In this document: piece after piece, positions 1 to 8,108 of the stretch
Position numbering within the stretch: the stretch's first letter is position 1
Layout of the letters: every line of letters begins with the position of its first letter
Origin: a virus
Lineage: Duplodnaviria; Heunggongvirae; Uroviricota; Caudoviricetes
DNA: 25,658 nucleotides
Virus record (IMG/VR): IMGVR_UViG_3300017585_000052
Strand: one strand, 5' to 3'
Program-made: the position numbers and the translations under genes
The notes under the pieces: model-generated
Database searches by the model: none
What the model saw: only the letters and a program-made list of their open reading frames with translations
Told to the model about the DNA's origin: nothing

Positions 1-117
1 AGTTATCTATAATATAGAGACTGTATATAACAGTAAGTTATCCTATATAGGTTAGTTATATATAATATTTAATCAGTAATTATCGTCAGTCAGTAATACA
101 TCCTTTTTAATAAGAGA

Positions 118-146
118 AGTATAACACATTTCCTCTTAGATGTCAA
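118..146 (-). promoter_or_regulatory. sigma70/sigmaA-type promoter pointing left out of the window
   Basis: Minus strand TTGACA (141-146), 17-nt spacer, TATACT (118-123), with a TG extended -10. Confidence 0.6.
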
Positions 147-205
147 GAAGAAAGAGAGCGGTGGCTAAAAATTTACAAATTTTTCAAAATATTTTTCAAA
201 ACCCC

Positions 206-234
206 TTGACATTCTTGGAAAATTGTGGTATAAT
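206..234 (+). promoter_or_regulatory. consensus sigmaA promoter upstream of the RNA polymerase gene
   Basis: TTGACA 206-211, 17-nt spacer, TG-n-TATAAT 229-234, A/T-tract UP element upstream. Confidence 0.85.
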
Positions 235-398
235 ATAGCTAACCAGTGAAGTAGTCCAACCTACTACCACGGTTTGAATTGAGGTGATGACTCATAAAAA
301 ATAAGTCCGCAAAACACGGCTGTCCAGTAGTCGCTATATTGGTTGATACTGTGTAGGAGGCTATTCGTCAATCTAATAGATACCCTCATTCGCATATC

Positions 399-426
399 AT
401 TATATCATAGTCTGCTGTATAGTCAA
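399..426 (-). promoter_or_regulatory. possible antisense sigmaA promoter convergent with the 206-234 promoter
   Basis: Minus strand TTGACT (421-426), 16-nt spacer, TG-n-TATAAT (399-404). Confidence 0.45.
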
Positions 427-529
427 GTGAAGATATAGCTAATATAGAAAATATTTATATTTACAATAGTGGATATGAATTAGGAGCTATAATAGAATAT
501 CTAAATAAAGAATCTGAAAGGAGCATTTG

Positions 530-3500
530 ATGGCGAGAAATAAAGTTAGTCTATATTACATATACAAGGCTACAAGCTCAGAGATTATCAATAATAACTT
601 TTAGATTAACACAACATTTAAGCAAGCCAAGTTATCAGGTAAGATAATTGCCATTGGTGACAATTAGGTCTTGAAGTTTATTCGTACACTAAAAGACCAA
701 CAAGATGTTTCCTCTTAGATTAAAGAATTGAAATCTAAAAAGAAACAGCTACTTCAAGAGAATCCTTGCAAACCAAAGGAAATCCAAGCAACGCAGAATT
801 AGATAAATGATTTAATGTTTGTCCCTGACCTTGTGTCAGTAAAGACAGATACCACAAAGAAAGATTATAAAGCTATCTGTAAAAATCATTTCTCGATTAC
901 AATAGAGATAAACAAACACACATATTCTATTAGATATAAGCGCTTATGCGCTGGTGCTGGACAACTTCGTAGAAATTCTGCATTATTTGTAAATGAAGAA
1001 TTATATGATATGCTCGAACAGATAATGCTATGTGGCTTGACAAGACATAAGATAGGCAAGATTAACTTAGCTAAGTTCTCTGCTTATTATGCGTTGTATA
1101 CGTCAGCCACTAATGTTGTTACTACGCCGAGAATATGTGTGGTTCCAGATTTTGAATACGACTTAAAAGATTAGGTTGTTGATTGGATTTTTGAGCGTGA
1201 TGACGGAACGCCAGATATTGAAAGGCGTAGTATTGATTTCAATATTAACGCATTTGACGGGTCTGGTATGGTTTCACCAGCTATGGCAAGAATATGGCAA
1301 GAGGATTTACATTTAGATTATTTGCCAAGCAGTTTTATACTCCGCGCCCCGTGGCATAAGGGGCTGGTTAGTGTCTTTGATTTCCACAAGTTTGCAAGAG
1401 AAGTAGCGCACACTGATACAATCACGGATATTTATGGAACTGAGTATAATATAGATAACATTGATGTAATATGTACAGCAAGTCAATTTAAGATGCACAA
1501 GTATTATGTCAATTATCAAGAGTTTGAATATAACTTCCATAAATACGGGCATACATTTGGTGTCACGAGGGTAAATAAGAAATACAGCGATTTTGCTACT
1601 CCATTAAATTATCAATACATCCAGAGCAACAATTTCACGGAAGAAACGATTAAGCAATTAGCAGAACCTACGGCAAGATGGTTGGACGGTTTACTTTCAT
1701 GTGACCCAATATACGCCACAATACTAATGACTGGCGAACAACAAGACAAAACATTTGACGAGCTGGAATCTTCTTTAGACTCACCTATTGCCAAAGGACT
1801 TTTATATAATCAAGATTTGTTAAAAGATGATTATGTTAAAAGCAAAATTAAGCAATAGGCGCAAAAGAAGATAGACCAAGCTAAGATTGGTAAATTATAT
1901 GTCGAAGGTAGTTACGATTTTCAATTACCAGACTTATACGCTATGGCTGAATGGGCTTTTAAGCTACCAGTTAAAGGATTATTGCCAGCAAAAACATTAT
2001 GGAACAGACGGTGGGTTGAAAAAGGTTCTGAAAGAGTAAGTTGCCAGAGAAGTCCTTTGGTTGCGCCAGCAGAAAATCAAGTATTAAATGTTTATTCTGA
2101 TGATAAATGTATAGAGTGGTTCAAATACATTCAATGGGGCAATATTCTTAACGTCTGGGACTTGACTGCGATTTCCGAATCCGACTCAGATTATGATGGT
2201 GATATAATACTTACCAGTGATAATCCAGTTTTGATGGGAGCTATCAATCCCGAACTGCCAGTGATTACTTATGAAAAGAAGAAAGCAAAAGCCCAAAGAT
2301 TGAATATGGAATCTTTTGCTAATTGGGACGTTAAATCTTTTGACAGTCCTATTGGTGGAATAACAAATCTCGCAAGCAACATTTATGCAATGCTGCCGTT
2401 ATACAACCCCGACTCTAAGGAATATGCCGAATTAGATAAGAGAATACGGCTCCTACGTCGAAGTTAGGGGGACGCCATTAAATTATCAGTGGCCTCTTAA
2501 TAGCAATATTTCGAGTAAAACTCTGTGAACCTATAAATATAGGGTGTCATTCGTAAGAATGGCTAACATGGGAATCTAAAGCAAAAGCTATGATAATCAT
2601 GTGCCAAGCCGTGAAAACGGAAGGTGCAACGACTAACCGGAAGAAATTCCGAAAGGGTAAATGCGAAATTCATTTGCCCGTAGTGCAGAGCAACCCATTG
2701 GGTTGAAGATATAGTCTAATCCCCTAAGAAATATCGGGAAACCGAGGGTAGTAAATGAGATAAAACCAAGGGCATTACTTATGTTCCACCCCCTAAGAAA
2801 TGGTCTAAGAAACAAAAATACATACAAATCCCAGAGGGTGCAACACAAGAACAAATAGCAACCATTAACAAGATGAATGAGCAAATTAAATTCGACAATA
2901 ATATCTGCTGCGATAAAAAGGCTTACTTCTTTGGTTACGTTTATCCTCAAAAAATGGTTGAGTATAAAGAGCATAAGAAAGTAGCAGATACCGAATGTAG
3001 AATTAAATTTGATATGGGTGTTAATGACTTAATTAAAATAGTGGATAAGAGTCCAGAGCAAAAGAAATTCCTAAGAGATTATTATAAATATTCTCCATTA
3101 TTTAACTCCAAATGCACAATGAATATCCTTGCTAAATATATTGAAGATATGGATTTCAGGTATCGTAGGATGCCAAAGACTGGAACATTTGACTTTAGAT
3201 GTCTAATGTCTTGCGATGTGGCAGACCTCGACAAGAGAAAACTGAATCAGTTTGTAAGACTTATTAAAAAATATATTCAGCTCACAGGAAGAACAAGTGT
3301 TAATATAGAATACGCCTCAAAGTATCTAACAGAGGATGAAAAGGACGATATGCGTAAGGTGTTATTTGACGCTCTTTACGAAGATTTCAAAAATGACGCT
3401 TTAGATTTGTCTGATAGTTGTGCAGATGCAGTAAACTATATTGTTGGAGCTTTCTACGCAACAGGAATGAAAGCACAAAAGTCACTATTGTGGACTTCAT

Positions 3501-3631
3501 TTGGTGATGAATTAGTAGAGAATATTAAAGCAAACTCAAAACATCGTTATAGGATAGTTGAGAATCCAAATGGCAAAGACTATTTTGGAAAGAAACTAAC
3601 AATGATTGATGAATACCAAGCATAGGAGTGA
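530..3631 (+). CDS. YonO-like phage RNA polymerase (two-barrel, RdRP-related), ~940 aa; join(530..2478,2758..3631); 8 in-frame TAG
   Basis: ATG at 530 after an AAGGAG RBS. ORFs 815-1174, 1268-1858 and 1943-2467 are in one frame and joined by TAGs (602, 665, 716, 800, 1172, 1856, 2465, 3623). Catalytic DxDGD motif (DSDYDGD). Splicing restores RRSQGDAI|DKTKG. Position matches SPbeta yonO upstream of HU and head genes. Confidence 0.85.
2479..2757 (+). ncRNA. group I intron 1 (279 nt, no ORF) in the RNAP gene
   Basis: Exon ends in U (GCCAT|), intron ends in G (GTAAATG|). P7 GACTA 2631-2635 / TAGTC 2712-2716 in AACGACTA and AAGATATAGTCT contexts. IGS GTGGC 2489-2493 pairs with the 5' exon and TTATC pairs with 3' exon GATAA. 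Removal restores the reading frame. Confidence 0.9.
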
Positions 3632-3635
3632 TTAA

Positions 3636-4388
3636 ATGTTATTTGATGAGCGTCCAGAATACGCGCAGAGAATATTAACATAGAATTACTTGTCTGAAAA
3701 GAAACCAGTCCCTGACGCTGCGTGTGTTATACGGTATCTAAGATACAATGGCAAGAGTGACGAAGAAATTACAAAAGTCTTAACGAGAATGCTCCGTAAG
3801 ATTTATTACACTCCAAGTAGACCAGATATGATGCCATATATTAAACCAGCGTTTCAAATGGCTGATAAGTTGCCACCAATCAGGACTGATAACCTATATA
3901 TATCTAAAGAGCAACTTGATATTATTGCCTCTATTGGCAATCCTGAATATGAAGATTTTGTATTTGCTGCTCTTTGTATTCAGGAGTATTACACGAATGA
4001 TAGGGATAAATACATTGTGAAGTTCAAGGACGCTTTGAATGTAGCTGGGATTTCCAGCTATAAGAAGGTCATTGATTTCCTGAGAAATACAGACCTCGTG
4101 ACACTACGCCAATTTCGCAATGTTCACTTCTTAGATTTGTCGGAGAGGCTATTTCCAGAAGAAAATTCAAAAAATTCTGGAATAGTCCTTGACAATTTCC
4201 TTGATTTGTGCTATTATTATGATGAGTACAGGGGGTATGGTAAATTTACCCGTTGCGAATACTGCGGACGGATAGTGAAGCAGCCCCGTAGCTCCTACCA
4301 GAATAATGGTCGGCATAGGAAATACTGTAAGACGTGCTGGAAACGTGTAAAAGAGATTAAGAGCCATAGTAGCAGATATACCGAATGA
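3636..4388 (+). CDS. hypothetical protein with C-terminal Zn-finger (CEYCG...YCKTC), 250 aa, 1 TAG
   Basis: GGAG RBS and ATG at 3636, reading through TAG 3681 into ORF 3690-4388. Confidence 0.75.
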
Positions 4389-4529
4389 ATGGTGAAAAAA
4401 ATGAATTAACCTAAAAGTCAGCGTTTTCTTATCATTCGCTTTTGTACCCAAATTTTATCTTACAATGAAACAAACGGGCGTTTCGCTTGTTTTGTTTACA
4501 TATATTAGATGCAAAGGAGACACACAAAT

Positions 4530-4706
4530 ATGCGTGTAGTCACTCGCTCACAATTTGACGAGTTGCGTGAGGCTGGACTTATTAGATTTGGTAGGAATAA
4601 GAACTATCGAATTATGAACAAGAATAAGTCTGGTAAGCGCAAGAAGTATGTAGTCGTTGAGGAACAGAAGATTTTGGACTTCCTCGACAGAAAGGCGGCA
4701 GAATGA
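4530..4706 (+). CDS. small basic hypothetical protein, 58 aa
   Basis: AAAGGAG RBS before ATG 4530; its stop overlaps the next start (ATGA). Confidence 0.7.
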   Translation: MRVVTRSQFDELREAGLIRFGRNKNYRIMNKNKSGKRKKYVVVEEQKILDFLDRKAAE

Positions 4707-5317
4707 GAAATGAAAGACTCGGTTCGTCCGCTATTGACGAAGAAGTAATGATGCCAAAACTTCTCGACAAAGACCGCATGGTTGCATAGCTGGCTTTCCA
4801 GAATCGTAAAGTTATGCTTTACGATGACGTGGACGATGATTCTATCTTTAGATGTATCTACACTCTAATGAGAATTAGAGAGTTTGACAATAAGACTGGA
4901 ATCAAAAAGCCAATTACCTTGTATATTGACTCATGCGGTGGGACTGTTTATGACGGGATGAGCCTAATTTCGCTCATTGAATCCATGCAAGACGAAGGTT
5001 ATCAAATTGATACCGTTAATATGGGCTACGCTATGAGCATGGGCTTTATTATTAGTCTTGTTGGTACTCATAAATATTGTTTTAGACATAGCACCTATAT
5101 GTATCATGATATTTCTTCTTTGGTTATTGGTAAATTAGCTCAGATGCAAGAGGATATTAAACAGACCGAACGTCTGCGCGATGAGATTACAGAGTTTGTG
5201 TTATCTAAAACAAAATTAACCAAAGAACAGTTATACGATATACATGAACATAAACGTGACGTATATTACACATCGAAGCAAGCGGTTGAGCTTGGGATTT
5301 GTGAGGAAATTATATGA
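4703..5317 (+). CDS. clpP: ClpP-like serine protease, 204 aa, 1 TAG
   Basis: Motifs LYIDSCGG, GYAMSMG (catalytic Ser), MYHD (His) and Y(Y)TSKQAVELGI. The N-terminus extends to ATG 4703 through TAG 4787. Confidence 0.8.
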
Positions 5318-5730
5318 AGGTAAAGGGAAAAGAAGTTTCGGATGAATTTGTTCAGGACATCATTGACGCTCTGATTGAGGAAGATTCTAAGAGTAAGTGT
5401 TCTTGCGGACATTGCGATGACTGCGATAAGGATGATATGGACAATGAGGTCAGCATGGAGATTAACAACGAGATTGTACAGAATATCGTTGCTGCCTCTG
5501 ATTTCCTCGACCCTGACGCTTTTGAGAATGGAGTAAAGAGTGTTTCTGAGCTGTGTGGCAAAGTTGCTGCCCTGTCTGCTGTTGGTATTGACCCTGTTCA
5601 GGCTTTGAATTATTTCGGCTCTATGATGGAGAACGAGTATGCTTTGAAGAATAACAAGCTGGTTACAGAAACCAACGGTGCTACGCAAGTTAAGTGCGCA
5701 GAGCTTGGCGCGGTTGCCAATATGTCCTAA
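5314..5730 (+). CDS. acidic hypothetical protein, 138 aa
   Basis: ORF track; ATGA overlap with the clpP-like stop; codon usage matches the phage's TAG-free genes. Confidence 0.75.
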   Translation: MKVKGKEVSDEFVQDIIDALIEEDSKSKCSCGHCDDCDKDDMDNEVSMEINNEIVQNIVAASDFLDPDAFENGVKSVSELCGKVAALSAVGIDPVQALNYFGSMMENEYALKNNKLVTETNGATQVKCAELGAVANMS

Positions 5731-5766
5731 ATTTCAAAAATTTTTCAATTTTTTTATCAAAACCCC

Positions 5767-5795
5767 TTGACAAAGTTGGGGAGTTATGCTATAAT
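5767..5795 (+). promoter_or_regulatory. consensus sigmaA promoter driving HU and the tRNA island
   Basis: TTGACA 5767-5772, 17-nt spacer, TG-n-TATAAT 5790-5795. The upstream CAAAACCCC and T-tracts are shared with the 206-234 promoter. Confidence 0.85.
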
Positions 5796-5869
5796 GATTA
5801 CACAAAGAGAGCAAATCTCTTGAATATAAAGGTCTATACAGACCACGAATACAAAGGAGTTTACATAAT

Positions 5870-6142
5870 ATGACGAGTTCTATTTTTGCAAAGAAGTTTG
5901 CTGCTAATGCTGGTATTTCTCAGGCTAAGGCTCACGCTTATCTCATGGCTCTGGAATCCACTATTGTTGATGTTCTGAAGGACGAGGGTTCGCTAAAGGT
6001 TGCTGGCCTGAATGTGAAGATGAAGAACGTCCCAGAGCATACTGGTCGCAACCCTGCCACTGGCGCTTCTATCACCATTCCCGCAAAGAATCGGGTTCTG
6101 GTTAAGGTTAGCAAGACCATTAAGAAGGCAGTTAATTCTTAA
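5870..6142 (+). CDS. hup: HU-like histone-like DNA-binding protein, 90 aa
   Basis: HU arm motif GRNPATGASITIPAK; typical size; AAAGGAG RBS; SPbeta yonN-equivalent position. Confidence 0.9.
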   Translation: MTSSIFAKKFAANAGISQAKAHAYLMALESTIVDVLKDEGSLKVAGLNVKMKNVPEHTGRNPATGASITIPAKNRVLVKVSKTIKKAVNS

Positions 6143-6173
6143 CAAACGAGGGTGGCTCGTCCACCCATTATAT

Positions 6174-6249
6174 AGCTGCCGACAGTGCTGGCGTACTGGT
6201 TAGGCCCATAACCTAAAGCGGGTAAGTTCGATTCTTACGGTAGCAACCA
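6174..6249 (+). tRNA. tRNA with CAT anticodon (Met/fMet-like or Ile2)
   Basis: Cloverleaf AGCTGCC/GGTAGCA (1:72 mismatch), D CAGT/ACTG, AC TTAGG-CCCATAA-CCTAA, T GTAAG-TTCGATT-CTTAC, encoded CCA. Confidence 0.85.
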
Positions 6250-6345
6250 CAACTTAATAGCAATATCTGGTTTAATCTTTCTTCGCCCTACGGTTCATTT
6301 CCAGTATAATCTAAAATGAAAATAGGGGACGGGCTATGCCCGTAA

Positions 6346-6419
6346 TGGCTCTTGGTGTAAAGGTAGCACGGAACCCTTTGAAGGTTTAGAAGTTAGGTCG
6401 GTACTAACAGGGCCAGCCA
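6346..6419 (+). tRNA. tRNA-Gln(TTG)
   Basis: TGGCTCT/AGGGCCA acceptor, GAACC-CTTTGAA-GGTTT anticodon arm, encoded CCA. Confidence 0.9.
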
Positions 6420-6432
6420 CAACGCATAGCCA

Positions 6433-6539
6433 TAGACGCATACAGCAATTCGTCAGACAGATAGTCAAATGGTAAAGACAAAAGATTGTCCATCTTTTAA
6501 TGCGAGTTCGATTCTCGCTCCGTCAAAATACCGCGTCTA
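6433..6539 (+). ncRNA. ACAGCAA clamp element, copy 1 (encloses degenerate tRNA-Asp)
   Basis: TAGACGC 6433-6439 / GCGTCTA 6533-6539 stem; ACAGCAA 6442-6448. Confidence 0.6.
6455..6526 (+). tRNA. degenerate tRNA-Asp(GTC), no encoded CCA
   Basis: AAAGA-TTGTCCA-TCTTT anticodon arm, GCGAG-TTCGATT-CTCGC T arm, GTC/GAC D stem; two mismatches in the acceptor stem. Confidence 0.7.
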
Positions 6540-6600
6540 ATTTTTATAAAGACATTTCCGACAAAATGTTGTTTAACATAATATGTACCTCTTTCTGACT

Positions 6601-6773
6601 TAGATGCGCACAGCAACCTAACCTAACGAAAATTTTAGATTATGTAATTTTGATAACAGACTTGCTGATGCTGTGTCACGACACAGTTTTCAGGAGCGTA
6701 TCTTGAACCGCTAAGTTCGACATTTCTTGGTTCGTATAACCGTATTGGTTGTATGTAAATGCAAACGCATCTA
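6601..6773 (+). ncRNA. ACAGCAA clamp element, copy 2 (multi-hairpin insert)
   Basis: TAGATGCG 6601-6608 / CGCATCTA 6766-6773 stem; ACAGCAA 6610-6616. Confidence 0.55.
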
Positions 6774-6814
6774 CTTTTAATTGATAAACACCTCATAGGT
6801 TTTAATATAAGTCT

Positions 6815-6874
6815 TAGGCGGTCACAGCAACATAAGTTTTTATAGCGTGGTATTATAAAAATCAACACCGTCTA
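6815..6874 (+). ncRNA. ACAGCAA clamp element, copy 3 (single hairpin insert)
   Basis: TAGGCGGT 6815-6822 / ACCGTCTA 6867-6874 stem; ACAGCAA 6824-6830; inner TTTTTATA/TATAAAAA hairpin. Confidence 0.6.
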
Positions 6875-6879
6875 TACGT

Positions 6880-6953
6880 AGGTTCTTAGTATAATGGTAG
6901 TATATCTGTCTCCAAAACAGAGGGTAAGCGTCCGACTCGTTTAGAACCTGCCA
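6880..6953 (+). tRNA. tRNA-Trp(CCA)
   Basis: AGGTTCT/AGAACCT acceptor, TCTGT-CTCCAAA-ACAGA anticodon arm, encoded CCA. Confidence 0.9.
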
Positions 6954-6983
6954 TTCGTTTCATTATTCATTGTTAATCAGTTT

Positions 6984-7049
6984 TAGGCAGTTACAGCAGC
7001 TTAATCAAGTATTTGACTGTTAATCAAACTCACTAAAAAAAACTGTCTA
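6984..7049 (+). ncRNA. ACAGCA clamp element, copy 4 (encloses an Asn anticodon stem-loop)
   Basis: TAGGCAGTT 6984-6992 / AACTGTCTA 7041-7049 stem; ACAGCAG 6993-6999; inner TTTGA-CTGTTAA-TCAAA. Confidence 0.6.
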
Positions 7050-7056
7050 TTTGTTT

Positions 7057-7130
7057 CGAGAATGTAGTATAACAGTAATACACTCGCTTTGGGAGCGAGA
7101 ATAGTGGGGCAGCACCAACATTTTCGACCA
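7057..7130 (+). tRNA. tRNA-Pro(TGG)
   Basis: CGAGAAT/ATTTTCG acceptor, CTCGC-TTTGGGA-GCGAG anticodon arm, encoded CCA; atypical T arm. Confidence 0.85.
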
Positions 7131-7313
7131 GAAAGTCCTTGCTTAACGTATATCTAAGAATAAACAAGCTATTTGTTCTTTAATATACGCGATTACCAAA
7201 TGGGTTGTACAGAACGCAAGTAGTATTCCCACTTTCACCACTCGTGGCTATGGACACGTTAAACCCATAGCATTGGTCTTTAGATGTTAGACCTAAAAGA
7301 AACATTTTAACAT

Positions 7314-7398
7314 CGGCAATTACCCAATCGGAAACGGGAGCTGTCCGTAAAACAGCCGCCTTTGTGCTTACTTAGTTCGACACTAAGATTGCCGACCA
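7314..7398 (+). tRNA. tRNA-Tyr(GTA)
   Basis: CGGCAAT/ATTGCCG acceptor, GCTGT-CCGTAAA-ACAGC anticodon arm, long variable arm, CTTAG-TTCGACA-CTAAG T arm, CCA. Confidence 0.9.
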
Positions 7399-7464
7399 TC
7401 CGTTATTGCGGAGCATTAAACGACTTGCCCTTGATGGTATTCAACCCGCCATCGGGGGTTATAT

Positions 7465-7538
7465 TGGAACATCGTACAGCGGAAGTACCAGTGACTGTTA
7501 ATCACTATATCTAAGTTCAACTCTTAGTGTTCCAGCCA
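7465..7538 (+). tRNA. tRNA-Asn(GTT)
   Basis: TGGAACA/TGTTCCA acceptor, AGTGA-CTGTTAA-TCACT anticodon arm, CTAAG-TTCAACT-CTTAG T arm, CCA. Confidence 0.9.
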
Positions 7539-7804
7539 TAGCTGAACGCAAACGAGCGTTGCCGCGATAAAACATTGGGTGGGTCAAGACGCGCCAATGT
7601 GGAGCAGCTATCAGGGGTTTGGTGGATTCCACGACTTGAATAGGTCTAAAAGACCGAAAGAAAACACCACTTTATTTTCAAGGTGAGCCACTACCGTAAG
7701 TGCGGAGCTAACAAAGTGGTTTTGACAGTTCCATCCAAACACTATTGGTAAATACTGTCATATATGAATATTCAACTTAATTGCTTTAGATTGGAGTCGA
7801 TACT

Positions 7805-8108
7805 ATGAAAAAGCAAATCGAACAAATAGTTTTCGATGAGAAAACTGGCGAAATATTTTAGGATTATGTAACGGTTAAAGAAAGCAAACTGTGGAAAGAT
7901 TGTGTAGGTGGTATGATGAAGCCTCGAAATTATCATAAGAAGCTCTACAACGACCTCCCACTTTAGGACTATATTACAAACGAAGCTGATTTATTTAAGA
8001 CTTATAAATTGGATGAAAGAGAAGTATGAAGAACTAAATAGTGACCCAAATAAACCTACGAACAACGATAGTTTGTTCGTAGACGAAACCGAAGAAGATG
8101 AGGACTAA
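7805..8108 (+). pseudogene. short or frameshifted ORF remnant (74 aa to TGA 8029 with 2 TAG; acidic C-terminus continues in another frame to TAA 8108)
   Basis: GGAG RBS, MKKQIEQIVFDEKTGEIF*DYV...; an overlapping frame reads NWMKEKYEEL...DETEEDED-stop. Confidence 0.4.

Noticed and set aside
287-530. Leader ORF read through TAGs into the RNAP start
   Set aside because: ATG 287 stops at TAA 302. The longer open frame (291-530) lacks a credible start and RBS.
6433-7049. CRISPR array
   Set aside because: The repeats are not identical direct repeats, the spacing is irregular, and no cas genes are present.
7612-7760. tmRNA or hammerhead ribozyme
   Set aside because: GGGGTTTGGTGGATTCCAC only loosely resembles a tmRNA 5' end, with no matching T-arm/CCA end or tag ORF. 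The hammerhead CTGANGA core is absent.
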